From NCBI GenBank assembly GCA_965214945.1, contig OZ244029.1, forward strand, positions 805,217 to 869,216: a DNA stretch of 64,000 bases. Reading direction: 5' to 3'. The notes under the pieces were generated by a model. That model was not told the origin of the DNA. It made no database searches and saw only the letters and a list, made by a program, of their open reading frames with translations. The DNA is from Acidimicrobiales bacterium. GTDB lineage: Bacteria; Actinomycetota; Acidimicrobiia; Acidimicrobiales; Aldehydirespiratoraceae. Positions 19,962-29,288 of the stretch are shown piece by piece. The stretch's first letter is position 1; every line of letters starts with the position of its first letter. The position numbers and the translations under genes are program-made.

Positions 19962-21407
19962 TTATACGAGCGAGCCAATAACCCAATCGTTGAAGGCAAT
20001 GCCGGGTCGTGAAGCCTCGTACTCTGACCACAGCTTGGCGGCTTTTTCTCGTTCGGATCCTTCCGCTACCAATCTTGACGCTTCCAGCGAAGGTGTGCCC
20101 GAGCGAAGACGGTCTAGCTGAAGCGCGGAGTAGATCCGGGTGCGTGTGGTGTAGTCGAGATTCCGCAGGTGGCCCAGGATCTCGATCGCGGCACCAACGA
20201 GCCATGGACCCTGCTGGGAGATGGCGTCGAAGCACCGCTTGACATCCCTGACCTTCACATCAGACTTGGCCTCGACAACAGCCTCAGCCGTAGTGCCGTT
20301 CAACCATGCGGCGATGACGTCTGATGGCTCAACTCCCATATCGGCCTGGGGGTATCTGAGTTCAGCGAGGCCGATGAGCACTTCGGACAGCAGCCTCTCG
20401 AGGAGTTTAGCCGACGAACGCGGTGAATCGTGGCGAGACGATTCTCGGCCGAGTTCGAGAAAAGGTTCAAGGTCCATTTCCAACAACTTGCTGTAAATCT
20501 CATTGCATGTCGAAGTTGGCAAGCCGGTGCGGTAGACGACAGTGGGCCAAACTCCCGGGTATGTGCGACGGATCTGCTTTGCGAGCCTCTCGGCTGCGTT
20601 CAGAATTTCGTCACGTCTCACGCCGATGAGGCCAACAAAGCAGAGCGAACGACCAAGAACCTCCTCCAGAGCCTTGCGCAAATCACCGTCAGTGAGGGCC
20701 GCTTCGGAGATCGCTGCCAAGAGGAACGGCTCAAGATCACCCAGATCCTCAGCGTCTGCCGTGTGTCGCAAGATGTCCTCCGCCTTACCGATCTGGCTGG
20801 TGGTTGCCGGAAGCTGTCGCTGGAAGAGCCGGAGCACACCTTCGGCTGCGCTCTTGTCTGGTGTAAATACGACGATACGACCGCTGGTGTGTTGTCCCCC
20901 GCGCCCTGCGCGGCCTTCTAGATTCCTCAGGTCGGTGATGCTGAGAGGTCCGGCGCTGCGTCGAGGGTAGACCATCACCACGGTTCTGGTCGGGAAGTCG
21001 ACACCTTCCAGAAGGGTGGATGTACACACCAGGAACCGCAGCGGAGTCTGGGGCAGAAGCTGTTTGTAGACGGCATCGATCTGGTGCGGATACGGCTCGA
21101 TGTTGGACGTGTCGACCGCCGCAAACGGATCGGCCAGGTGTGCCCAGCGCATCCGGCGTGCCTCGGATGCCAAGCGAAAGGCCGCTCCGTCGGCGTCGAA
21201 AGTCCAGCGCCGCTCCGATACCTCGGCTATTCCCTTGAGGTCGGCGGTTGTGATCAGCCGCTCGCCGAGCTTGCCGCCGGCTGTGCGGTAGGTGAGCGTG
21301 GCCGACTGTGGGCCGTGCTGCTCCAGGGCCACCACCACGACGTCTTCGGTGGCTACCACCCCCGAGAAGCGCCGACGGGCCGAAATATCCGCGAAGGCCA
21401 GCGTCAT
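19962..21407 (-). CDS. chimeric ORF: SNF2 N-terminus fused to C-terminal half of a Ski2/HamB-like SF2 helicase (probably non-functional)
   Basis: first ~126 codons copy the 17232 gene up to QTPLRFL, then VCTSTLLEGVDFP and NLEGRAGRGG (motifs V/VI); no Walker A or DExH. Confidence 0.8.
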   Translation of the reverse strand: MTLAFADISARRRFSGVVATEDVVVVALEQHGPQSATLTYRTAGGKLGERLITTADLKGIAEVSERRWTFDADGAAFRLASEARRMRWAHLADPFAAVDTSNIEPYPHQIDAVYKQLLPQTPLRFLVCTSTLLEGVDFPTRTVVMVYPRRSAGPLSITDLRNLEGRAGRGGQHTSGRIVVFTPDKSAAEGVLRLFQRQLPATTSQIGKAEDILRHTADAEDLGDLEPFLLAAISEAALTDGDLRKALEEVLGRSLCFVGLIGVRRDEILNAAERLAKQIRRTYPGVWPTVVYRTGLPTSTCNEIYSKLLEMDLEPFLELGRESSRHDSPRSSAKLLERLLSEVLIGLAELRYPQADMGVEPSDVIAAWLNGTTAEAVVEAKSDVKVRDVKRCFDAISQQGPWLVGAAIEILGHLRNLDYTTRTRIYSALQLDRLRSGTPSLEASRLVAEGSEREKAAKLWSEYEASRPGIAFNDWVIGSLV

Positions 21408-21521
21408 CTGCCCGCCGTCTCTGGCGCTGGACTCATCAGGCACACCACCGGGGGTCGCCAAAGCGACGAACTCGCATTGCGGCTCATGGTAGGTCCACCC
21501 TGCGACATCCACCGCAGCGAC
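21030..21521. repeat. 492-bp direct repeat copy 2
   Basis: matches 16855-17346. Confidence 0.95.
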
Positions 21522-21662
21522 TGGGTGAGTGGAGGGCCGCCGGCGCCAGCCCTGACCGACGACCCGGGCGAGGGTGCCTAGAGCCAATCAGCTCCCGTGC
21601 GTCCCTAGTTCGGATGCGAGCCCAACCTTGCCTGCCATCGGTCCCACAGCCGCGGTGGACAT

Positions 21663-23252
21663 TCAGCACTCTTCCGTTGGAGCCTCAACACAGTCAAGTC
21701 CATGCTCGCGGCGGGCTTGGTCCTCTTCGTCGAGTGGTGTCAAGAACTTCACGGCCGCAATCGGAGGTTCGGTTGCGTCTCCGATCCCGAGCTCCGTGAG
21801 GTGCTCATGCCATGCCTCTCGCCAGCGGGCTCGGATGCTGTCATCAGAGAGGAACGAGTCGACACCAATGCTGCCGCTGAACGGCCACAACGGATCGGGT
21901 CCAGCAGCCAGGCAGAGCCGTGCGAGGATCGCTCGCCGGACGAGATCTCGCAGCCGATCAACCGCATGCCCGAACTCAACGGCGGAAAAGGCATCAATCT
22001 TACCCTTAGGTACCGTCGAGATCTTCCTGAGGTTGCCACGAAAATCGCCCTTCTTGATCTGGCCTCCATGGACCAACTGCGATCGCAACCCGTACAGCAC
22101 TCTGACGTCACCGGAGATCGCTTCTTCCGGATCATTGTCGGTCGCAAGCAATGCAGAGGTGCGACAACTCAGCTTGTGAGTTATTCCTCTCGTCTTGGCT
22201 TTTCCATCAGCGAGTACCGCTTCGAGTGCTGTCGCCAGATCTACGATTGCCTCGAAGTGGTTCGCTTGATAATGCGAGCTATTGAACTTGCTGAGCGCGA
22301 TGTCGAAGGAGGTGGCATTCATGTCTTCGCGCTCTACTTTGGTCTCATCAACGAGCTTCACTTTGGCCTCATCGATGAGTTGGCTGATTGCTTCGAAAGC
22401 GTGGCTATGTTCCCCCTTCAGCCAGACAGTCCTCCGTACGATCGGCCGAGCCCAGGTGAATTTGACCATATGGGGGTCCATGCGATTGACCATGGTCGTC
22501 GTCCCTCTCACCTCAAGGTGGGAATGGACGGTCCCAGCACTGAACAAGCGCGCCAGCAGGAGGAATCGATCGAGCTTGCTTGATAGCTGTTTGACTACCT
22601 CATACGGGTACGGGTTGTCAGTCCGCTCCCGGATGATCAAGAGGGCATGCGGCCGCTCAAATGGGGGAGGAAACTCGCGGTTGAATGCGTTCCATCCGCC
22701 AGCGATCTCGTGAGTGAGACGCTTGATCAGTCCACGGGAGTGCTCCGGCTCGGGCACGACTGTGATGTCACCAACCTTGATCTCAGTCTGGCCCTCGGTT
22801 GTGAGATGGGAAACGACGCGGCAGCACACTGCCTCGTAGGTCGGTGAGTCGAGGACTTGGATCAACTCCTCAATGGACTCCGTGACGGCCTCGGAGCCTG
22901 CATCAAAGTGGTCCTGGCCGGTCTCGACACTCAGTCGTCCACAGGCCGCGATGGCAGCTTCCAGGAAGCTGAAGACATAGGTGCCCGCAAATTCTAGGAA
23001 GACATAGTCGTCCGCAAATTCTGGGTGGCTCTGGTTCGGGGGGTCGGCGAACCGATGTGGATACAGTGCTTCAAGTTTCTCTTCAAGCTGGTGATAGGCA
23101 GAGACCGCGTGGATCGTGTCGCCGAAGTAGTCGCGCCCTACCCTCACGTACGGGTGGAAGACAGGCGTGGGGACGACGAGCTCAGCGCGAAGCGCATCGA
23201 ACGCTTCGGCAATGAACGCACGGGCTGTGTCACGAAGATCCATGAGAGGCAC
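21663..23252 (-). CDS. ApeA-like HEPN domain protein (putative RNase effector)
   Basis: IVDLATALEAVL and LYGLRSQLVHGG (RxxxxH) in C-terminal helical domain. Confidence 0.75.
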   Translation of the reverse strand: MPLMDLRDTARAFIAEAFDALRAELVVPTPVFHPYVRVGRDYFGDTIHAVSAYHQLEEKLEALYPHRFADPPNQSHPEFADDYVFLEFAGTYVFSFLEAAIAACGRLSVETGQDHFDAGSEAVTESIEELIQVLDSPTYEAVCCRVVSHLTTEGQTEIKVGDITVVPEPEHSRGLIKRLTHEIAGGWNAFNREFPPPFERPHALLIIRERTDNPYPYEVVKQLSSKLDRFLLLARLFSAGTVHSHLEVRGTTTMVNRMDPHMVKFTWARPIVRRTVWLKGEHSHAFEAISQLIDEAKVKLVDETKVEREDMNATSFDIALSKFNSSHYQANHFEAIVDLATALEAVLADGKAKTRGITHKLSCRTSALLATDNDPEEAISGDVRVLYGLRSQLVHGGQIKKGDFRGNLRKISTVPKGKIDAFSAVEFGHAVDRLRDLVRRAILARLCLAAGPDPLWPFSGSIGVDSFLSDDSIRARWREAWHEHLTELGIGDATEPPIAAVKFLTPLDEEDQARREHGLDCVEAPTEEC

Positions 23253-23656
23253 TCTACCGCCCGAATTGGGGCGTAGGGCTTGTGGAAGATCGACTGGTCG
23301 TCGTCTGACGAGGCCAAATCGGTGACCGTGATCCGCAGGGCAGCTGCAGCACCTCGGTCACGAGTGGGACTGACTTGGGATGCTCACCAACCCATCAGTG
23401 GCTGCAGACTTAGGAGAGCCAGCCCAATGGAGCCTTCTCTGGCATCCCATTCGGTTGGACCTGCAGCCAGCTTCAACGACTGCATCGACCTGTTACACAC
23501 ACTCTTCGATCTAGCGCCGAAGGATAGTCCCGACCCAACTAGGGGGTTCGAATCCTTGAAGCGCTCGGTGTGGCACACTACAGCGCAGCTGCAGCAGAAT
23601 CGCCATGGTCAACTCAACCGAGACTAATGAGACCTACAAATACTGGAGTTCGGTGT

Positions 23657-26600
23657 TTACGATGTCAAAACCGGGTTTCGCCAGGATGGAACGACGTGGA
23701 GCAACCACGGATGGTGGACCCTCAGCGTTGCACCGGTCAGCCACCAGGCTCGTTGAATAAGCGCGAGCGCGTCAGACCGATCAATCCTTGCGAACGTCGT
23801 CGGGATTGCTGCGAGAGCTTCCCGTTCGTTGGGGTTGTGCTCAGAGTTGAGGTCGCGCCAAAGGTCGAGTCTGTTCTGCTCATCATCACTGAGGTTGTCG
23901 GGAAACTCAGTGGCCAAGTTGAAGGTCACGAAGGGGTGGCCATCGCTGGTATCGGATTCCTGGAAGAGGCGGCGCGTTCGTAATCCACTGACTTGCCGGC
24001 GCATGACAGCGATGGTGCGCCAGAGATCTCCCACGATAGGAATGCGCCCGAATCCGGAACGCGCGTCTGCCGGGAGCAAGGAGCCGGCGTTTAAAGAGAT
24101 TCGGAACAAGGATTCGATCTCTTCGCGCGTGCGTTGGATTGCTTCGAGCCCAAGATTGTCGTACACACCGCCGTCGGCAACTCGTATGGGGTTCCCGGTC
24201 TGGCAGGGGAAGGCGAGATGATCCAATCCGATTGGTGGGAACGGTCCCGGCACTGCAGCTGATGCCGCGACGGCAGTTGCGAGTCTGATACCCGATCCAG
24301 CTGTCGGGATGCTCCCGTTCACATAGTCACCGACAACGTCCGCGTCGAAGCGGAACCTCACACCTTCGCCTATATTGGTTGCATTGAACATGAACCAGCA
24401 TCCAGTTGGCAGATCTTCGAGCTTGGTATGGTTGAGGAAGCGTTTGTCGAGTCGATCGGCAAGTACGGTGGTGCGAGACGATCTCGGCCGAGTCGAACGC
24501 CAGCTGTTGCGAAGCAGGTCGGCCCTAAACGAGCGCTGCGTGACGGTGTCGATGACCGGCAGAAGCACGTGCTTATCAAAGCCCGGTTGATCCGCTGCTC
24601 TTGTCCAGTTGACGGCCATGACAGCGTTGGCTAGTGAACCACCTGAGACGCTGGAAATGATCCGCGTATCTTGGATGAGGTCGGCATCAACAAGGAAGCG
24701 GAGAACGCCTAATCCTGCTAGGGTGGCGCGGAAGCCGCCACCAGAAAGTGCAACCAGGATTGCTGGTTTGTTCGGTCGTGTGGAAGGTAACGGTCGGCGG
24801 GGCGGCATCGGTTTCTCGCAGCGTCGAAGCGCTGCTCTACCGCCCTGCTTCGATCGTGACCGCGGTGTGATTGCCGGGACCGGTGAGACGGCGGAGGGTG
24901 GCGTGGCAGCCACGGGAGTCGAGGAGCCGGGTTCCATGACATGGGCTGCCCATGCCGAGTTGCCGGGCGTGCCAGCCCAGATGAGGATGAGTGATGCGCC
25001 GTCAGTGCGTGCTTCAGTGGCGCGAATATCCGTGGATGACAGAGCGGCGGCACCATTCGGATGCGTGTGCCAATCACCGAGATAGGTCAATCCACCGATT
25101 CCGTCACAGCTAAACGCGGCGACGGTTTCGTTGGTGCCTTCTATACCGCGTTCGAAGCCAGACCCTTTGTGGGTGCTGTCCCGAGGCGGACCGGTTGCCA
25201 CGTCAATCGTGATTGTCAGAGCGGCATTGTCACGCTCGCCGAACAACAGACCTCCGGTCTCAACAGGTTGATCCGCGATAAAGGTACTGGAGGCGACTGC
25301 CTCGATGGTCTCTTTCGCGCCAGGGCTAAGGAGTACTGTGTAGCCATTGGTCCCCTTGATTCGCTGTGGGCACTTCACCTCGATGGACAGCGGGTTGTTG
25401 CCTGGCAGCGGCTTGGTGTGTGGAAGGGCTGTAAAGCGAGCGACACGATGGTCGGGCCTCGCCAAGAAGAGCGCTACCTGATTGATGAGGGTGGCTGCTG
25501 CAGATGCCGCGTCTGCTGCCGAGCCGTGGAAGGTCGGCGCCGAGCATCCGGGCTCAGGATGGACCAAGTCATTGATTCCCGGCGTTCCCCAGAACGCCTC
25601 AACAAGGCGGGAATGTCGGGAAGATCTCCCGAGTTTGTGAAGTGCTGCTCGAGCGGTGTAGCCGGGACCTGCAGCACCGGCTGGGGCTGTGAACATCGCC
25701 GTCAGCTCACAGCGCGCATCGGTGGCCACAGAGACGATCAGCGGGTGTTCTGGGTCGGCTGCAGCATAACGGTCGATGGCCGCTGCAACACTGCGGTTGG
25801 CAGTGGCGTCAATAATGAGGTCTGCCGATGAGAGATCCTTGACAAAGGTATCGATGCGCACGACATCGTCCATCTTGTCTTCTATCGAGACTGTTCCGGC
25901 GTGAATCCTCCGAAGCCGTTTCGCGAGAGCGCTTGCCTTCGAGCAGGTGATGTCGGCTTCGTCGTATGGCTGGCGAACGATGAGCCCAGGAGACACGCTC
26001 GAATTGTCACGGAGTCGGATTGTTGCTGGCTTGGCGCGTGCGACGAAGTCAGCAAGCCAGCCGCCAAGTGCACCGCAGCCCCAGATTTCGACGGTCTTGC
26101 CTGATACTGCTGTCATCGGGGAGCTTTCGTCTCGGCGACGAGTGACTGATTGTCGGGCTTCGTATATGCGGGTCCACGCGAGTTCTTCATCTGAAGCCCA
26201 GTCGTAGGCCGCGGTGAGTGCTTTCTTGACCTCTGCTTCTGACTTTGAAGTGGCCAACTGACGTAACCGATCTGCGATGGTCGCGCGAATTTCCCAGCCG
26301 ACTAGGTGATGAAGCCGGTGCCCATCGACACGGCGGTTGAGGGTCCCAACCAGCACGATCAGTGTTGTCCCATCGGGGTTCTTGAGCGCGGTACATTCAA
26401 GGTGTCTGGCAAAGTCGGTACAGGAGATTCCGAGGGAGTGGAGTTGGCTTGAGAGTTCTCCGCATCTCGCGGCATAGTCGTCACGCAGCGGTCGGTTGGT
26501 CAGGACGACAGCAGCGAGCCACGGCGTTGCCTCGAGACTAAAGCGGTGGAATTCAGTAACGTCGACCCGGCAGCCATCTCGCGGCTCAAGGTTGGCCCAG

Positions 26601-27100
26601 AGGAGACGATTGTGCTTACCTTCGGGAATGTCCGCCAGGATGACCAGACGCGTCGATGAGTAGTTGATGCCAAGGGCTACCGGCGGATGGATGGGGCCGA
26701 GGTTCGGGTCGAGTTCACCCGCCGCAGCGTCCGCGAACCACTCGCCCATTCGATGTACGAAGCCGTACATGCCGTCTGCCGGCAACCATTGCGTCGCAGA
26801 ATCGATATATAGACACAAGTGTCGTCCACATACGTGTGGATAGGAGGCCCATCGAGCGTCCGAAGCGACCAGGATCGGAGGATCGAACGGAGCGTTCGGG
26901 CATATCCAGACTTCTAGATTCTCGATCAGGTTGAGAGGCAGGCCACCTGGGTAGTGCCTTGTGCCAGCCGTCGAGACGGCGATCGGTACCTTCACACAGG
27001 TCTCGGACTCCTGTACCGGACCGCGCATCCCCAACACACCGTCGCTTACTTGCGCGATGGCCTTCAGTTCGGCGACTGCGCGGCGTTGACCGGGTGTCAT
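23657..27100 (-). CDS. E2-E1(ThiF)-JAB-patatin phospholipase four-domain fusion
   Basis: E2 YPHVCGRHLCLY; E1 IWGCGALGG, IVRQPY, LIIDATAN, PEPGCSAPTF; JAB ETGGLLFG, YLGDWHTHP..SSTD; patatin LSGGGFRA, SSVSGGS, DGGVYDNLG. Confidence 0.92.
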   Translation of the reverse strand: MTPGQRRAVAELKAIAQVSDGVLGMRGPVQESETCVKVPIAVSTAGTRHYPGGLPLNLIENLEVWICPNAPFDPPILVASDARWASYPHVCGRHLCLYIDSATQWLPADGMYGFVHRMGEWFADAAAGELDPNLGPIHPPVALGINYSSTRLVILADIPEGKHNRLLWANLEPRDGCRVDVTEFHRFSLEATPWLAAVVLTNRPLRDDYAARCGELSSQLHSLGISCTDFARHLECTALKNPDGTTLIVLVGTLNRRVDGHRLHHLVGWEIRATIADRLRQLATSKSEAEVKKALTAAYDWASDEELAWTRIYEARQSVTRRRDESSPMTAVSGKTVEIWGCGALGGWLADFVARAKPATIRLRDNSSVSPGLIVRQPYDEADITCSKASALAKRLRRIHAGTVSIEDKMDDVVRIDTFVKDLSSADLIIDATANRSVAAAIDRYAAADPEHPLIVSVATDARCELTAMFTAPAGAAGPGYTARAALHKLGRSSRHSRLVEAFWGTPGINDLVHPEPGCSAPTFHGSAADAASAAATLINQVALFLARPDHRVARFTALPHTKPLPGNNPLSIEVKCPQRIKGTNGYTVLLSPGAKETIEAVASSTFIADQPVETGGLLFGERDNAALTITIDVATGPPRDSTHKGSGFERGIEGTNETVAAFSCDGIGGLTYLGDWHTHPNGAAALSSTDIRATEARTDGASLILIWAGTPGNSAWAAHVMEPGSSTPVAATPPSAVSPVPAITPRSRSKQGGRAALRRCEKPMPPRRPLPSTRPNKPAILVALSGGGFRATLAGLGVLRFLVDADLIQDTRIISSVSGGSLANAVMAVNWTRAADQPGFDKHVLLPVIDTVTQRSFRADLLRNSWRSTRPRSSRTTVLADRLDKRFLNHTKLEDLPTGCWFMFNATNIGEGVRFRFDADVVGDYVNGSIPTAGSGIRLATAVAASAAVPGPFPPIGLDHLAFPCQTGNPIRVADGGVYDNLGLEAIQRTREEIESLFRISLNAGSLLPADARSGFGRIPIVGDLWRTIAVMRRQVSGLRTRRLFQESDTSDGHPFVTFNLATEFPDNLSDDEQNRLDLWRDLNSEHNPNEREALAAIPTTFARIDRSDALALIQRAWWLTGATLRVHHPWLLHVVPSWRNPVLTS

Positions 27101-28263
27101 GACAGCGGGATGCCGTATCCCCTGCGGTCCGTTGGTCTAGGCCGGGGTCGAGCAGCCGCGGCTGCCCCAATGAGCGCCGATGTCGCTCGCGCGTTGGCTG
27201 CTCGCGCCGGCTTCGAGTAGCCACAGTTTCTGCCACTGACATCGAAGATGACAGAGTCCGGATCCTCCTTGCTCCCGTGTTCACCAGTGCAGACCTGTCG
27301 GTCAACACCAAAGATCTCTCCGTATTTTTTCCAAGCAACCCGATGCGGAGGGTCAGCGCCATCGGAGTCCGAAGTCGGGATCGGTGACGAGCTAGCAACC
27401 ATCCACGCATCGTCCGACGCCCGATCGCGAAGGCCCTTAACCACCTTGGCTACTTCGTTGCCATTATCGTCGAACAGCGCTCGCTTGGAACAATGGTGGG
27501 GAGCAATCAAGACATCGAAGTTGAGTTCCTTGCCGTCAGCATCAGCCAGGATCGAGCTAAGACTCTCGTGAGCAAGATCGCCTAGGAAGAGGATCCGCTG
27601 TTCACAGTTCCCGGCGGAGAGTGTTACTCGCATCGCCAGGCTCGTATCGTTACGGTCCGAGTTCTCGTCCACGTCGGGCAGACCGTGGAACCCCGCCGTG
27701 AACGAACCCTCAAGATTCTGGCCGTCGACCAGCGTTGTGCTTGACCCGATCGGCGAGCGCGCATCCTCTGGGAGGAACTTCAGCTGATCAAGCTCGAAGA
27801 GATCTTGGCGTCCAACGACCCGCAATCGGTCACCCGAGCCAGCGATGCGATCCTTAAGCAAAGTAAGGCGGCGGTCGGCCTCCTCCCTGAAGGCTGCCGC
27901 GTCTTCACAAAGGTCTGCCTTGTATTCCTCAAAGATGCGCGGGGTTATCCACAGCTCGCCGATCAGAACGTTCTCGTCCTGAAGTAGTTGCTTGAAGCCC
28001 CGGCAGTGGTCTTGGTCCGGGTGCGTGAGGACGAACGCCGCGAGATAGGGCCGACCGTCCACCTTCGGCAAGATCCCTACGAGTTGCTGGACGATCGGCA
28101 CATGCGGATCATCGTCGTCATCACTAAGAGACAGGTGGTTGAGGTCGACCTGCACGATCAGCTCGGTATCACCCTTCCGGCCAGTCAAGAGCGTCAGGCT
28201 GTCGCCCGAGCCTACGTACCAGGCCACCAAGCCCGTGTCAGGCAACTCATCGCGTTGAATCAC
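27097..28263 (-). CDS. metallo-beta-lactamase-fold (ComEC/Rec2-like) hydrolase with RRGYG-IPLS tail
   Basis: VGSGDS, LTHPDQDHCRG, NDTSL, FLGD, APHHCS, PPH; GAGGAGG RBS before GTG 28263; ATGA overlap with downstream fusion gene. Confidence 0.9.
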   Translation of the reverse strand: MIQRDELPDTGLVAWYVGSGDSLTLLTGRKGDTELIVQVDLNHLSLSDDDDDPHVPIVQQLVGILPKVDGRPYLAAFVLTHPDQDHCRGFKQLLQDENVLIGELWITPRIFEEYKADLCEDAAAFREEADRRLTLLKDRIAGSGDRLRVVGRQDLFELDQLKFLPEDARSPIGSSTTLVDGQNLEGSFTAGFHGLPDVDENSDRNDTSLAMRVTLSAGNCEQRILFLGDLAHESLSSILADADGKELNFDVLIAPHHCSKRALFDDNGNEVAKVVKGLRDRASDDAWMVASSSPIPTSDSDGADPPHRVAWKKYGEIFGVDRQVCTGEHGSKEDPDSVIFDVSGRNCGYSKPARAANARATSALIGAAAAARPRPRPTDRRGYGIPLS

Positions 28264-28540
28264 GGCGCCTCCTCGGAGCGGAAAGATCACAGTGCTGTAC
28301 TTTCAGCGGTGTCATCTTCGCATCGTATCGACGCCTTATGACACTTGCCAGAGCTGATGCGCGCTCAGCCGCGGCTACATCCACCGCGTCGCAAGGGACG
28401 TCTGCGCCCAGTCGGATCAGCCAGCCGATCCCGATCTCGTCGAGATCGCCGGTCCGAGCACCAAACACCACACCCTGCCTGCCCCACGCTGGTACGCCCT
28501 AACCAATATGGCCTTTAGTCATTTCGGGCCATGACTGCCA

Positions 28541-28870
28541 CGCCAGGCGCTGCTGGAAGAGACCGACCGGTATCTCGCCGAGCTTGGCTCGACGAAGTCG
28601 GCGAGCCTTCTGGAGCGTCCATAGCCAAGGCCGAGGCACTGTCGCAGCGCATCCGAGCCGGCGCTCCGGCTGCCGCCGCAAGTTGACTTCCCTCGTTTTG
28701 GACTCTGGTGGCATCAGCCGTCTCGCCCGACGACGCCAGGACGCAGCAGCGCTGATCTCGGTCCTTCAGCGAGACAGGCTCTGGCCCCCGCTAGTTCCTT
28801 CTGTCGTTCTCGTCGAGTCGATCACCGGCTGACAACGCGGCGACACCAACGTCAACCGCTTAGGGCTCAC
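28541..28870 (+). pseudogene. vapBC toxin-antitoxin remnant
   Basis: antitoxin-like RQALLEETDRYLAEL/(fs)DEVGEPS..AKAEAL, then PIN N-terminus LVLDSGGISRLA..LWPPLVPSVVLVESITG* (TTG 28683, premature TGA 28830), truncated after VNRL. Confidence 0.7.
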
Positions 28871-28952
28871 CGCCCGAACCTCGTTGTGCCCGGAACGTGC
28901 TTGATGCAGGCCCAGTATTCCGCAGACGTCTCGACTGGATACGCCAATTAGT

Positions 28953-29288
28953 TCAGGCCGGTTGTAGACGCTTCGCCCGGCGTCCGGCCAGCGCCAGCTT
29001 GCGTCCCGCTTCAGCCAGCTCTCGTTGCTCGTTGCCCTCGATCGCCTCGATCCGATCAAGGATCCGGGTCAGGGGCCGCTCGGCTATGGTGTCGGAGGCC
29101 GCACGGAACTCAGGCGTGTCGGCCATCTCCTCCCGAGCCGCGTGGTCAGCCGAACACTCCTCTGGCGTCATGCTTCGCCTGAGTTCGAGCATGTCCTGTA
29201 CGGTGCCTGTGGAACGCATATCGGCCCACAGCTCCAGCCACCGACCTTCGGCTCGCAGCTCAGCCCACCTGCTCTTGTCGCTAGTCAT
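28953..29288 (-). CDS. small helical hypothetical protein
   Basis: charged helical composition; no recognised motif. Confidence 0.35.
   Translation of the reverse strand: MTSDKSRWAELRAEGRWLELWADMRSTGTVQDMLELRRSMTPEECSADHAAREEMADTPEFRAASDTIAERPLTRILDRIEAIEGNEQRELAEAGRKLALAGRRAKRLQPA

Noticed and set aside
23542-23558. gggggttcgaatccttg resembling a tRNA T-arm or att site
   Set aside because: Weak stem, no acceptor/anticodon arms or CCA, no integrase in the window
23428-23627. Possible Abi C-terminal domain remnant (LFDLAPKDSPDPTRGFESLKR)
   Set aside because: Too short and lacks the RxxxxH-type motif; cannot be supported without a search
23657-28263. Calling the locus type II CBASS
   Set aside because: No CD-NTase (GS..D.D nucleotidyltransferase motif) ORF nearby; the partner is an MBL-fold protein
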